Positions 1-10,034 of a stretch of DNA of 64,000 nt are shown one piece after another. The notes below the pieces were generated by a model that was not told the origin of the DNA, did not search any database, and worked only from the letters and a program-made list of their open reading frames with translations. The translations under genes were made by a program, and so were the position numbers. Numbering within the stretch: position 1 is the first letter of the stretch; each line of letters begins with the position of its first letter. The DNA is from a virus. Its lineage: Duplodnaviria; Caudoviricetes. The DNA lies in IMG/VR virus record IMGVR_UViG_3300037471_001740, positions 18,940 to 82,939 of that record. One strand, 5' to 3'.

Positions 1-810
1 GACGATATTGCCTGCAACGGTTCCGTGCGTGATCGTCAGGGAATCCACGATCGCGTCCTTCGCCGACGACCACCAGTCGTGATCCGTCACGCCGGCGAGC
101 TGCATCGTGATCTTCCCGGTCGGCTTGCGGTCGTTGATTTCCGCGCCCTCGTAACCGATCAGTTCGGCCCACGACAACGTATTGGCCATGTCGAGCGACA
201 GCGCCTGAAGGGGGCCCGTATAGCCGTGCATCGCCCACGTCGTATACGCGGTACTCGCCAGCTTGGGCTGCAGGAACTTCGAGAAGTCCGTGCCCGCCGG
301 CAGCGGCGAATCGACGACCGGGTTGTACACGCCCATGAAGTGAAACTTCATTTTCGGGATCTGCTTGACCGTGAAGTCAAACGACACCGTACCCTTCGCG
401 TCCGTCAGCTTATGCAGCAGACCATCGAGGTAGTAGTACATGGTGAGCGGCGTCTGCACGACAGAGCTGACCGGCGTGTACTTGACGTCGGTTCCAGCCG
501 TAACCGTCTCAGCGAAGTTGCACGCGACGAGCAGACGTCCCCATGCAGGCGCGGTGCCGGCCACCCCGGAGCCCGCGATTTCCACCTCGAAATCGAGTTC
601 GGCGTGGCACCCAGCTGCGAGCTGATCGCTATTGCCGAAGTACGGGCGAATGAGGTCGCGCGCGACATAGTCAGCTGCGACCGGTTTGGCACTGATGTTG
701 CCAACCAGCATCGCGTCATCCGCACCGGTCGGCACCGCCACCGTGCCAATTGCTGCTTGCAGCTTGGCAAGGATGACGGAATTTCGTGTTGATTTGGCTG
801 TCGCCACCAT
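1..810 (-). CDS. Major tail tube protein (runs off left edge)
   Basis: Hand translation from ATG 810 with AGGAG RBS: MVATAKSTRNSVILAKLQ...YFGNSDQL...; open to position 1; follows tail-completion gene. Confidence 0.75.
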   Translation of the reverse strand, partial: MVATAKSTRNSVILAKLQAAIGTVAVPTGADDAMLVGNISAKPVAADYVARDLIRPYFGNSDQLAAGCHAELDFEVEIAGSGVAGTAPAWGRLLVACNFAETVTAGTDVKYTPVSSVVQTPLTMYYYLDGLLHKLTDAKGTVSFDFTVKQIPKMKFHFMGVYNPVVDSPLPAGTDFSKFLQPKLASTAYTTWAMHGYTGPLQALSLDMANTLSWAELIGYEGAEINDRKPTGKITMQLAGVTDHDWWSSAKDAIVDSLTITHGTVAGNIV

Positions 811-849
811 ACTGACTCCTTCAATGTGCGCGGAAACGAGCCGCATTGT

Positions 850-1275
850 TCAAGCGAGGCTTTGCGGCGACGTTTGATACTGAATCGTGTAACGCATCGT
901 CACGATGCCGACGCCGCCATCGATATCGGCGGTTTCGGGCTCGTCGGTCGTCACCTCTTCGATGCCCACGATGTCCTGTGCATCGAATGCCATCACGAGC
1001 GGATGCGAACGCTCGAAGATCGCGTCCGCAGCACGGTCGGGCGCTGGATCACGAACGACCGCCGAGACGAGCAGATCGCACTGACGCGTGGTCCGCCCGA
1101 TCGTCGACGCCAGCACAATGTCGCGGCCCCGACTCACGACAACCACCTTCGGCTCTTCACTGTTCACCGCCTCGTAGATCGAGCGTTCGACCACCACGCC
1201 GTCCGTCTGCAGCTGATCGTCAGCTTTGAGCGCATCCATGATCGAAGACACGAAGCCCTCACGGATCGTCGTCAT
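850..1275 (-). CDS. Tail terminator/completion protein
   Basis: 141 aa, position between head-tail joining gene and tail tube. Confidence 0.6.
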   Translation of the reverse strand: MTTIREGFVSSIMDALKADDQLQTDGVVVERSIYEAVNSEEPKVVVVSRGRDIVLASTIGRTTRQCDLLVSAVVRDPAPDRAADAIFERSHPLVMAFDAQDIVGIEEVTTDEPETADIDGGVGIVTMRYTIQYQTSPQSLA

Positions 1276-1577
1276 ACCGCCTTCTCCAGATCTGCGACGC
1301 TAAAGTAGCCGTCATCTTTCTTCCGAGGCGGGTGACGGACTCTGTACCGCGTACCATCGATCTCCAGCACGGAGCCGCGAGCAAGCTCCGGGAGATCAGC
1401 TGTCTGATATTCGATGCGATAGTCCGTGGTCGTCACCCGCCCACCGAGGTCCAGCATATCGGGCGTTTCGAAGCCGACCTGCACAGGCCGAGCTGAGCCA
1501 TCGCCCAGCTCGAACTGCGCAGATCTGAGCATCCCTGTCGCCGCGAACGCCGACCAGAACACGCCGAGGTTAAGCAA
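1272..1577 (-). CDS. Head-tail joining protein (FII-like)
   Basis: 101 aa beta-rich, IDGTRYRV motif, synteny. Confidence 0.65.
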   Translation of the reverse strand: MLNLGVFWSAFAATGMLRSAQFELGDGSARPVQVGFETPDMLDLGGRVTTTDYRIEYQTADLPELARGSVLEIDGTRYRVRHPPRKKDDGYFSVADLEKAV

Positions 1578-1914
1578 GATCAGACGGCGAGCAGAGAAGC
1601 ACTCGCGCCGTTACGTCGTTCGCCACTTTCGGCGCGGCGTAGAGACCGGCCTTCGCATTCGCCCCCGCCGTCGACGTCACGACACCATTGGCCGCATCCC
1701 AATAGGCGAAGTCACCGACCGCACCAGCAGACGGCGCATCCGCCGGCAGCTCGAATACGCCGACGAGGCGATATTCACCGGGCGCATTCGCCGCGAAATC
1801 GCCCGTTGCGACGGCGGGCAGCTTGGCGTTGCCCAGCTGGACGAACTGGCCGGATACGACGGCAGCGGCCAGCGTTGCAGTCAGCGTTTTGCCGCTCTGG
1901 ATAAAGTTCTTCAT
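1570..1914 (-). CDS. Capsid cement/decoration protein (DUF2190-like)
   Basis: MKNFIQSG..VSG..V..G signature, directly after capsid gene. Confidence 0.75.
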   Translation of the reverse strand: MKNFIQSGKTLTATLAAAVVSGQFVQLGNAKLPAVATGDFAANAPGEYRLVGVFELPADAPSAGAVGDFAYWDAANGVVTSTAGANAKAGLYAAPKVANDVTARVLLCSPSDLA

Positions 1915-1943
1915 GAGAATTTCCTGTGCAGATGTGTTGAATG

Positions 1944-1969
1944 AAAAACGGGCGCGACTATCGCGCCCG
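1944..1969 (-). terminator. Rho-independent terminator after capsid gene
   Basis: CGGGCGCG/CGCGCCCG stem with U tract on minus strand. Confidence 0.65.
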
Positions 1970-1995
1970 CCTCACGACGCCACCGCGCGCGTCCG

Positions 1996-4089
1996 TTACT
2001 GACCCGGGTTCTGATACAGACCGCGGAAGTCCGTCGCCTTCGCCGCGAAATCGAGTCGCGCCTTGACCTTCAGGCCGTCGACATCGAAGTCGAGCGATTG
2101 CTCGGTGTACAGCCCCTGCTCGCCTTCGAGGTAGCAGTATTCGACCGTGTCGATCATTGCGGGATCGGCGGCCAGATACCAAGCCTTGGTGCTCTTGGCA
2201 TCGAGGCGGGGCTCGACGATCGGGGTCAGCGTGCCGATGAACGGGTTTTGCTGCGTGGCCTGCGTCGGCGTGTACTGGTTGCTCGTGTACTGATACGCGA
2301 CCGTCTCCAGCGCAGCCGGCACCAGCAGATACGTCGGCGTCAGGTTCAGCGGCGTGGCATCGCCCGGCGCTGCCTGCGTGCGCATCGCCGCGCGGGCCGT
2401 CGAAAGAGCATCGACGCTGATCGCAGCACCCGCTGCCGCCAGATTCTTGTGGGCCGCATGGAACAGCGCCTTGCCGTCGCTCATCACGGGGTTGCCCGTC
2501 AGCGCCGAATACACGAGATCCGATTCGAGATTCGCAGCCGCGCGACCGAAAAACTGCGGCACGCGTTCGAGCGCCGACAGGTCGTCGTTGATGATCATCT
2601 GACGCGTGAACGCGACGACCTTGCCGTAGGTGCCGAGCTGGATGGTTTCACCCGAATCGACGAGCGTGCCATATTTGTACTCACCCGACTCGTTGACCTT
2701 TTCGAGCTTGATCGCGCCGTCGACCATCACACGCGTCGCCGCGCGGAAGTCGGTGAGCACGCCCTGCCGTGCCCAGGACTGGAAGCTGCGCGGCGCTCCC
2801 GCGTACGCGTCGCGCAACGTGCGATTGATCACGTTGCCGAATACGACGGGCAGATCCGACGTCGAGCTGTACCCGCCTCGCTGCTGCAGGCCGAGCGCGA
2901 TACCGGCCATCGATCGCAAGTCCATACCACGGACGTCAATGCCGGCAGCATCGAGGCCGACGCGGCAGATCTCCCGCAGCGTCAGACCGCGATACTGACG
3001 CGCGGCATCGTTGAGCTCGTGACGCGGGTTGATACGATGCAACAGCGCATCGGTCATCGCCGAGCGGCGCGTTTCCGTCTCGTCGTTCACCGTCCGGATG
3101 TCAGCAGCACCGCGTTGCGTGTTTGCTTCGGAACGCTCTGCCTGCAGGCGGAGGATTTCCGCGCGGGCTGCATCAACCGTCACGCCGCGCTCGATGAAGC
3201 CATCGATCAGTTGCTGCTGGTTGTCCAGCACGCTCGCACGTACGGCAGTGCGAATGTCGATCATGCGCTGGCGCTCCGACGTAACCGCTTCAGCTCGTGC
3301 GGCTTCGGTTGCGTCGGTCGACGCTGCAGCCGGTTGTGCCGCCGGCGTGGTTTGAACGGGCGCGGTGCGGGCGGCGGTCGTCGGTTGGTTGTTTTCATCT
3401 CCGGGCATTACGGCTCCTTGGTCAGTTTGTGCGGCGCGTACGCCGGCGGAAGAACCCCCTGCACTGCGATCAGTGAAGGTGCAGGGGAAGAATCGTTGCT
3501 GATGCTCTGCGACGGCGTGACCGCCCTCGCCTCGCACGGTTGCGTTCGGATCAGCCGGTATCGATACGAGCGAAATCTCGTACGGCTCCCAGTCGGTCGC
3601 GCGGTAGATCCACGTGTCGTTACCCTCCTGCCCCGGCGGGATCATGTCGATCGCGTACACGCGGTACCCGAACGAAATGTTTCGCAGGATCTTGTCGACG
3701 ACGTCCTGAAAGTACGGTTGCACGTCATCGCGCGCGGAGAACCGGCACATCGCGTCACCCGTGCCCGTCGCCGGATCTAGTGAAGCGCTGTCGACTACGC
3801 CGAGAACGGAATCAATGCCGTCCCACGTGTCGTGGTCGCGCAGGAAAGGCGCAGAGCCAGATTGCAGACGCCCCATCCGAACGGCGGAGGGGTCCGGGCT
3901 CAACTCTTCGAGGTAGCTGCGCTCTCGCCACCAGTCGTAACGCTGCACCTGCGCGCCGGTCGTCCACGTCACCGCGATGGATCGGCTGTCCGCATTCACC
4001 GAGGACACAGGCTGCAGACGGGTGAAAAGCGGCATCGAATCAGCGGTCGCCCCAGCGCCGCCTCGATGCCCTTGTGCTGGAACGGGCAT
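1996..4089 (-). CDS. Prohead protease-major capsid fusion protein
   Basis: 697 aa; N-terminal HK97-type protease-like domain, Ala/Thr/Gln linker, C-terminal capsid domain; GGAG RBS. Confidence 0.85.
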   Translation of the reverse strand: MPVPAQGHRGGAGATADSMPLFTRLQPVSSVNADSRSIAVTWTTGAQVQRYDWWRERSYLEELSPDPSAVRMGRLQSGSAPFLRDHDTWDGIDSVLGVVDSASLDPATGTGDAMCRFSARDDVQPYFQDVVDKILRNISFGYRVYAIDMIPPGQEGNDTWIYRATDWEPYEISLVSIPADPNATVRGEGGHAVAEHQQRFFPCTFTDRSAGGSSAGVRAAQTDQGAVMPGDENNQPTTAARTAPVQTTPAAQPAAASTDATEAARAEAVTSERQRMIDIRTAVRASVLDNQQQLIDGFIERGVTVDAARAEILRLQAERSEANTQRGAADIRTVNDETETRRSAMTDALLHRINPRHELNDAARQYRGLTLREICRVGLDAAGIDVRGMDLRSMAGIALGLQQRGGYSSTSDLPVVFGNVINRTLRDAYAGAPRSFQSWARQGVLTDFRAATRVMVDGAIKLEKVNESGEYKYGTLVDSGETIQLGTYGKVVAFTRQMIINDDLSALERVPQFFGRAAANLESDLVYSALTGNPVMSDGKALFHAAHKNLAAAGAAISVDALSTARAAMRTQAAPGDATPLNLTPTYLLVPAALETVAYQYTSNQYTPTQATQQNPFIGTLTPIVEPRLDAKSTKAWYLAADPAMIDTVEYCYLEGEQGLYTEQSLDFDVDGLKVKARLDFAAKATDFRGLYQNPGQ

Positions 4090-4155
4090 TGTTCAACTCC
4101 AAATGGAAACGCCCGCGCGAGGCGGGCGTTATATGGTCAAAGTCACTTTGTCCGG

Positions 4156-5637
4156 CTACGGCTCGGCCGACATCACCAGAGCCTCCAGGCGGCGCAACCG
4201 TGCTATCAGACGCTCGTACGCCCGACCTGAGTCGGCACTGCCTGCAGGTTCAGGTTCTGGCGTGTTCAATGGGTCAGCGTTGATCTCCGCGTCGGTTTCT
4301 TCGGGGTCGTCACCCAGATCGCGAATAATCTGATGTCGACTCTTCAGTCGCGCCTCAATCAGCGCAATCAGGCCGTTCGATTCCCGGAGCGGATCGATCA
4401 TCTCGATACGGTTCGGTGACCAGCTCACGTCATAGTCGGGAGACGACGTCAGACCAGCGAGATACGCGGTCGCGGCAAACTGGCCTGCAATCGCTTCGCA
4501 GAACATCGGGATGAAGATCAGCCACAGCTCCTGCAGGAGCATCCGGTTGAACTCCATCTTGCCCATCCGCCCACTGGTGAAATTGACCTGCGAGTAATCG
4601 CCCGTCAGCTGCTCGTACGTCGTGTCGGTGCCAGCCGCAATCGCGCGCAGATCAATTCGCACACCCGCCTCGTAACCATCGTTCGTCGCCGGGGCGGCGA
4701 ACTGCACATCCTCATCGGTTCGCAGGTATTCGATCATGCCTGGCGAAAGAGACTCGACACGCCGTTCGTCTCCGGGACTGGACACGCCAGGAGTGCCTGC
4801 GCGGAACCCGTCGTCGTTAGACTTTACGAACACTGCGAAGCACGCCTCGATTTTTTTGCGAATGCGCTCCGCGTCCTGATATTCATCGAGATCACGTGCA
4901 GCCCAGATGGCCGACGCCAGCCATGGGAAGCCGCGCACCGAATTCGGCCTGTCGATCGCGTCAAAGATATGCAGCACCTCGCTAGCCGGCACGAATCGAC
5001 TCATCATGTTCTTCGGCACCTGCGCGACTTCTCCGGGATGCTGATCGAAGAGCCAGTAACCAGTGCGCTGCCCGATCAGATTGAACTGCACACCAGCCAG
5101 AATGAACCCGCCGTTGACCTCTCCGACCTTCAGCGAGTCGAGATAGTCAATTTCGAGAATCTGGATCTGCAGCGGCACCTCGTAACCATCGCCCGGTCGC
5201 CGACGGCGATACCGGATCAGCACCTCGCCCGATAGCTTCATCGCGCGATAAGCCTTGGCCTGCAGGCCGAAGAAATCAAGCAGGCCGTCAGCGTCGCAGT
5301 ACTTCACCCAACGCTTGAACAGCTTCTGCTGTCGCTTCGATTGGAACTTCGCCTGAATGCCCGTGCCGATGGCATTGGCGACCATGACACGCAACGCACG
5401 CCGGAGGTGCGAATTGTTGACGACAAGATCGCGTGCGCGGTTGCGCAGTGTTGCGAGCGAGGGCATCAGATTCGCCAGCGAGCTGGCACCCGATGTCCGC
5501 CAACCTGCCGCTCGCGGCCCCCGCTTCGCGCCATCGAATCCCCGCACCGCCGCGAGCGTCATACGAGCCCGCATGCGCGCGGCACCGTGGCGAGGCGCGA
5601 TCCATTCGATCGCGCGGTCGAGAAGGTTTGCTTTCAT
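4156..5637 (-). CDS. Portal protein, lambda family
   Basis: LRNRARDLVVNN, SQVNFTSGR motifs; 493 aa. Confidence 0.92.
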   Translation of the reverse strand: MKANLLDRAIEWIAPRHGAARMRARMTLAAVRGFDGAKRGPRAAGWRTSGASSLANLMPSLATLRNRARDLVVNNSHLRRALRVMVANAIGTGIQAKFQSKRQQKLFKRWVKYCDADGLLDFFGLQAKAYRAMKLSGEVLIRYRRRRPGDGYEVPLQIQILEIDYLDSLKVGEVNGGFILAGVQFNLIGQRTGYWLFDQHPGEVAQVPKNMMSRFVPASEVLHIFDAIDRPNSVRGFPWLASAIWAARDLDEYQDAERIRKKIEACFAVFVKSNDDGFRAGTPGVSSPGDERRVESLSPGMIEYLRTDEDVQFAAPATNDGYEAGVRIDLRAIAAGTDTTYEQLTGDYSQVNFTSGRMGKMEFNRMLLQELWLIFIPMFCEAIAGQFAATAYLAGLTSSPDYDVSWSPNRIEMIDPLRESNGLIALIEARLKSRHQIIRDLGDDPEETDAEINADPLNTPEPEPAGSADSGRAYERLIARLRRLEALVMSAEP

Positions 5638-5638
5638 G

Positions 5639-5842
5639 TCAGTACCGCCTATAAGTGCCGACGCTTGAGCGGGAGCCGCCCACGCCCGACCGGTTTTCGA
5701 GATCGGACTTGATCATGTTGCGTACGCGAATCAGATCGGCAGTCGACTGATAGGTGATCCGCTTGCCGTTGTACTCGACCGTCAACGTACCGGACGAGAT
5801 CGCTGCCTCGATCGCGTCAAGGTTCTGCTGCGTGAATGCCAT
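5639..5842 (-). CDS. Head-to-tail joining protein gpW-like
   Basis: 67 aa, VEYNGKRITYQS motif, between terL and portal. Confidence 0.85.
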   Translation of the reverse strand: MAFTQQNLDAIEAAISSGTLTVEYNGKRITYQSTADLIRVRNMIKSDLENRSGVGGSRSSVGTYRRY

Positions 5843-5844
5843 AT

Positions 5845-7956
5845 CTATCGCCTCAACCAGTTATCGCGCCGTGGAATCCATCCACCCGACGACGCCACCG
5901 GCTCAGAAACAACAGGCGCCGGCGCAGCGCGTAGAGGATCTTCGGCGGGCTTGTTCGCCAGTTCCATCAATACGTCATGCTTCGGATGATCCGGTCCGAG
6001 GCGCTCTGCGACGTCGCGCAGAATTCCCTTCGCCAGATCGCTACGTGCCGCGCCAGCCGGTTCCGCCGCTTCGGCTGACTCAGCCGGGACAGCAGCGAAG
6101 AGGTCCCCCACACGTGGCTCGATGACCGCCTCCAGCGCCGCCCAGTCCGCCTCGGAATAAGTGTTGAGACGCAGGCGCGGGTGATAGGCACAGGCGAAGT
6201 TATAGACCTTCAGATCGAGCGCTTCGTTACGCTTGCGCAGGACGTCCCACCGGTCTTTCGATGGGTTGTACGCTTCCGCCGTGAGCTGCTCGAAATACTC
6301 GTCATCGAGATCCGTCGAAAAATGGATCAGACGTTCGACGACTTCGCGTTCATCGTCAGCAACCAGTGCACCGAAGATCCGGCTCTTCGCGGTGTCGGTG
6401 CCGACCGGCCACAGCTTCACACCGTTCTTATAGGTCTTACCCTTCACCGTTACATCCTGATCGGTGGGACGCCCGATGATCGGCTTGTGCTTATCCTTCG
6501 CACCTTTCAATGCGAACACGCCGCGGTGTCGACGGAGCCGGCAGTAGTCGTACACGTCCTGCGTACGGCTACCACCCGAGTCCACACCGCACAGCTCGAT
6601 CCGCATCGGCACGCCAAAGGCGTTTGTGATCGGCGTATCGAGCAGCTTGTCGAGCTTCTCCCACACATCGGGCAAGGCAGGATCGCCGCGCAGCACAACG
6701 TGATCAATCGTCCAGTTGCGCAGGCCGCGCCCCCAGCCCGAGATCTCGACTTCCAGACGATCGTTCTGCGTGTCGACCGCGCACGTCAGGATCAGACAGC
6801 CGAGAGGGATGGTGCGCAGTTTGTACGGCTCTGCGCGGCGTTTGATCGTCTCCCACTTCATCTCCGCGCTCTTGTCTTCCCAGCACTCGGCGAGAGCGTT
6901 GTTGACGAACGCGATCATTTTTTCGATGTCGCCCTGCGCGGCCTCGAAATCGTCCATCAGCTCGGACCACGGACGCCACCCGAGCGGTGCGTACAACGCG
7001 CTAAGGTGGAAGCTTGCCGTCTTCCCGTCACCGGCCGCCGTCGGCATCCAGTACGCGCTCTCATAGCCGCGCGTCTTCCACAAGCTCTCTGGATTTCCAG
7101 CGCCGCATCCGGTCTGGCAGTAGTACAGAACCACACCGGGATCCGCCGGCGAGCGACGCATGCCTTTATGCCAGTCGAAAAACTGCGGAGATCCGCAATC
7201 GGGACACCGCACGAAGTAGCGGCGCTGATCGCCGCGCTGATACAGCTTCTCGATCTGCGAACGGCGCTTGATCGTCGGCGTGCTGTTCGCAAAGATCTTC
7301 GCGCGACGGCCAAAGTTGCTTGTCCGGTTCGCAGCGAGGTCCATCGGATTGCCCTGCCCGTCGACGTTCAACAGGTACTCGTCGATCTCCTCCAGCAACA
7401 CATAGCGTACCGTCGTCGACTTCAGCCGGCCTGCGCGATTCGCGCTAACCAGATTCATGAAGCCGCCGGGAAATTTCTTTCGAAGCTTCGTGTTTTCGCT
7501 GCCCTTCTTGTTGCTGTCGCGCACTCGCCGACGCAGTTCCGGCGTCGACGTGCGCATCGGCTCGAAACGATCCAGCTCCCACTTCTCGGCGTCGTCCAGC
7601 GTTGCGAACACTGCGAGGATATTGCCCGCCGCCGTCGTGATCGCACGACCAATGAAGTTTTCGCCCAGTGCCGAGCCGCCGAGCTGGTGACCCTTCATCA
7701 GACCAACGGTGATAACCCGGCTGTTGTCGAATAGCCTGTCGTCATCGTGCGCGTAACGCGTGACCGCGCTGGCCTGTCCGGACAACGCATCCATGATGCC
7801 GACGAGATACGGCGTGCGCTCGTTACGCCATTTACCGGGCTCTGGACTGCTCTCTGGCAGGATGCGATGCAGTTCGGACCACTCGGCGATGCCAATCCGC
7901 TTATCGGGCCGTATGGCCTCTTCAATCGTCCTCAGGAATGCTTCGGTCGCTCCCAT
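5845..7956 (-). CDS. terL: Terminase large subunit, gpA family
   Basis: RTPYL, LLEEIDEY, STPT, VDTQ..RLE motifs. Confidence 0.93.
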   Translation of the reverse strand: MGATEAFLRTIEEAIRPDKRIGIAEWSELHRILPESSPEPGKWRNERTPYLVGIMDALSGQASAVTRYAHDDDRLFDNSRVITVGLMKGHQLGGSALGENFIGRAITTAAGNILAVFATLDDAEKWELDRFEPMRTSTPELRRRVRDSNKKGSENTKLRKKFPGGFMNLVSANRAGRLKSTTVRYVLLEEIDEYLLNVDGQGNPMDLAANRTSNFGRRAKIFANSTPTIKRRSQIEKLYQRGDQRRYFVRCPDCGSPQFFDWHKGMRRSPADPGVVLYYCQTGCGAGNPESLWKTRGYESAYWMPTAAGDGKTASFHLSALYAPLGWRPWSELMDDFEAAQGDIEKMIAFVNNALAECWEDKSAEMKWETIKRRAEPYKLRTIPLGCLILTCAVDTQNDRLEVEISGWGRGLRNWTIDHVVLRGDPALPDVWEKLDKLLDTPITNAFGVPMRIELCGVDSGGSRTQDVYDYCRLRRHRGVFALKGAKDKHKPIIGRPTDQDVTVKGKTYKNGVKLWPVGTDTAKSRIFGALVADDEREVVERLIHFSTDLDDEYFEQLTAEAYNPSKDRWDVLRKRNEALDLKVYNFACAYHPRLRLNTYSEADWAALEAVIEPRVGDLFAAVPAESAEAAEPAGAARSDLAKGILRDVAERLGPDHPKHDVLMELANKPAEDPLRAAPAPVVSEPVASSGGWIPRRDNWLRR

Positions 7957-8551
7957 CGGCGTCGTCCGTTTCGTTTTCGCTCAGCAACGCTTTTGCGTCG
8001 ACGGATGCGAGCGCTCGCGCCAGCTCCGCATCGAGCATCGATTCGATCCGTATGGGATCCGTTTCCGCCGCGAGCGCGTCCTTCATGCGCACCGGAATGT
8101 TCATCACGTTGTCTCGCACCGTGCGAAACGCCGTGAATGCAATTCGCTGTGCCTCCGAGAGCGCCAGCGTTGTTCCGCGCTCGCGCTCCAGATCCATGCG
8201 CTCGCGCTCAAGCCTCGTCTGCTCTCTCGCCGCACGCGCAGCGCGATAAGCGGCCATATGCGGGTCTTCGCTGTTGCTTGCGGCAGCAGGAAGGTCGTCG
8301 TCGTCTGAATCAGCCGGGGGAAAGGCGGGCTGCGACGAAGTATTAGCAAGCGACTGACGCGAAAGGTCTGCGAACGAACGACGTGACTCGTCGGTGTTCC
8401 GACGCCAGGCACGCTCAGCCTGCTGCTGATCGATCTTGCCGCTAGCCGTCAGCTGGATGCGTCCGGACTTGATGGCCTTTTGCACAGCGTTGAGCGCGAC
8501 GCCCATGTGACGCGCAAACGCGCGCATGCTGACTTCAGCCATGTTGACCAC
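7922..8551 (-). CDS. terS: Terminase small subunit (Nu1-like)
   Basis: N-terminal wHTH (FARHMGVALNAVQKAIKSGRI) and coiled coil, upstream of gpA. Confidence 0.8.
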   Translation of the reverse strand: MVNMAEVSMRAFARHMGVALNAVQKAIKSGRIQLTASGKIDQQQAERAWRRNTDESRRSFADLSRQSLANTSSQPAFPPADSDDDDLPAAASNSEDPHMAAYRAARAAREQTRLERERMDLERERGTTLALSEAQRIAFTAFRTVRDNVMNIPVRMKDALAAETDPIRIESMLDAELARALASVDAKALLSENETDDADGSDRSIPEDD

Positions 8552-8670
8552 CTATGACCACCAGAAAGTGACCACCTGACCACCCAGTGACCACCCTGAA
8601 AAGTTGCTTTGACCACGCGACCGATGGGGCTCGAATTACCCTCATTTCGGCCGTTTGTGGAAGGACCCTA
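8545..8670 (-). repeat. Putative cos/packaging region with six TGACCAC(C) repeats
   Basis: TGACCAC at 8545, 8555, 8569, 8577, 8588, 8610; GGGTCCTTCC...GGGTAATTCGAGCCCC on minus strand upstream of terS. Confidence 0.6.
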
Positions 8671-8950
8671 GGCGGGTCTTATCGATCACCGCCGGCACGC
8701 GCGTGCGGACCAGCGGATCGGTGGAAAGCCGATCGATCAGCGCTAACCGCACTTCCCATAGCTGCTGCAGCATGTCGCAGGCACTCTCCACGGCGGAGAG
8801 CGAATCCATGGCGATTAGCCGTTGTTGCGCAGACAGCAAAGGATTTTCGGTATGCCGTCGGACATGCTCCATTCGTCTGTATGAATCGGCCAATCGCACG
8901 CGCAGCGCTAACTCCAGTTCAATCTCGAGTTCCAGCAGGTCCTTCATCAC
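8642..8950 (-). CDS. Hypothetical protein
   Basis: 102 aa helical ORF in late-operon orientation. Confidence 0.4.
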   Translation of the reverse strand: MMKDLLELEIELELALRVRLADSYRRMEHVRRHTENPLLSAQQRLIAMDSLSAVESACDMLQQLWEVRLALIDRLSTDPLVRTRVPAVIDKTRLGSFHKRPK

Positions 8951-8996
8951 GCCTCCGGTCGCGGTTATTCTCTTTCACTATAGTGCGCAAAACCGG

Positions 8997-9788
8997 TCAT
9001 CGTTGACTTTGCATAGCCAGTGCGAATGCTGCAGCCATATTCGCGGTCAGGTTCTCCTCGACCGTCGAATTGACGATGTCGTCGAACGGGAAACGCTTCG
9101 GATACCGAGGCGTATTGACGAAGATGAATACCGGCTTCGCCGCACCGTGTGCCAGATGCGCGATGCGCGGATCGCTGCCGTAGTGCTGACGAAGGTAGAT
9201 GCCAGGCAACAGCTTGCCTTGGCGGCGAACCAGCACGAAGTAACTGTATCCACGCACGCCCTTGATGCCCCGAGCCAACCGGTCGCGGCGCTTCGAGGTC
9301 ATGTTCGCCCGATAGCCCTGCTCACCGAATGCTTGCAGGTACGCAAGCACTTCGACGATCTGGCCACGCGACACGTTGCCGTACTGATCGAGTTTCGCTG
9401 CCGATCCCGGCACGAGGTACATACCTGAAGGTAGCAGGCCAACTCGACGCAGGCTTTCTTCCATGCGCTTTGCGTTACGGTCTCCGCCCTCAACTTCCGG
9501 CAGCAGGTACTTCGTTGCCGGCGTGCCCTTGAACGACTCGTCCTTATAGCCGACCGTCGCCACCAGATTCGCCTTGGTTGCGTACGTGATCCGAACCGAG
9601 TTCATCGTGTACGGCGTGGGCCTGTCAAAGTACTGCGGCATGGCAGTGCGCAACGCGGCACGTCCGTCCTTCGCAGTGTTGTTCAACGCCGTCACAATGA
9701 TGAACGGCAGCTGACGATTGACGTTCGCATCGATCGCAGAATCGAGTTGCGACTTGTCCAGCGTCATCGAAAACGAGTTACGTGCCAT
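8997..9788 (-). CDS. Phage late protein, possibly gpZ-like neck/tail protein
   Basis: ALNNTAK..FDRPTPYT motifs, first gene of late operon. Confidence 0.6.
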   Translation of the reverse strand: MARNSFSMTLDKSQLDSAIDANVNRQLPFIIVTALNNTAKDGRAALRTAMPQYFDRPTPYTMNSVRITYATKANLVATVGYKDESFKGTPATKYLLPEVEGGDRNAKRMEESLRRVGLLPSGMYLVPGSAAKLDQYGNVSRGQIVEVLAYLQAFGEQGYRANMTSKRRDRLARGIKGVRGYSYFVLVRRQGKLLPGIYLRQHYGSDPRIAHLAHGAAKPVFIFVNTPRYPKRFPFDDIVNSTVEENLTANMAAAFALAMQSQR

Positions 9789-9802
9789 CGGACGCCCAAT
9801 GC

Positions 9803-9835
9803 AAAAAGCCCCGAGGCTTTCGCACTCAGGGCTTT
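9803..9835 (-). terminator. tR'-like terminator before late genes
   Basis: AAAGCCCTGAG..CTCGGGGCTTTTT stem plus U tract. Confidence 0.7.
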
Positions 9836-10000
9836 GATGTTCACGGTTCGTCAGGGCGAACGCCCTCCGAACGATTCCCGACTGGCTTTGGGTCTTATTG
9901 GTTGCGCCGCTCGCGCAATGCAGTACGACAGCCGGGACAGGGTTGCGCCACCTTTGCGCGGGCGCTGCGTTTATCCAGTGACTCAGTAAAGGATGCGCGA

Positions 10001-10029
10001 AATATATTCGATTGGATCTTGGTTTGCAA
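10001..10029 (-). promoter_or_regulatory. Late promoter pR'-like
   Basis: TTGCAA-17 bp-TATATT immediately downstream of the Q-like gene. Confidence 0.7.
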
Positions 10030-10034
10030 GATTT

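Noticed and set aside
2098-3780. 560-aa plus-strand ORF (and similar long shadows, e.g. 6181-7734, 42054-43748, 62711-63976)
   Set aside because: Antisense shadows of well-supported genes, expected with high GC3 codon bias.
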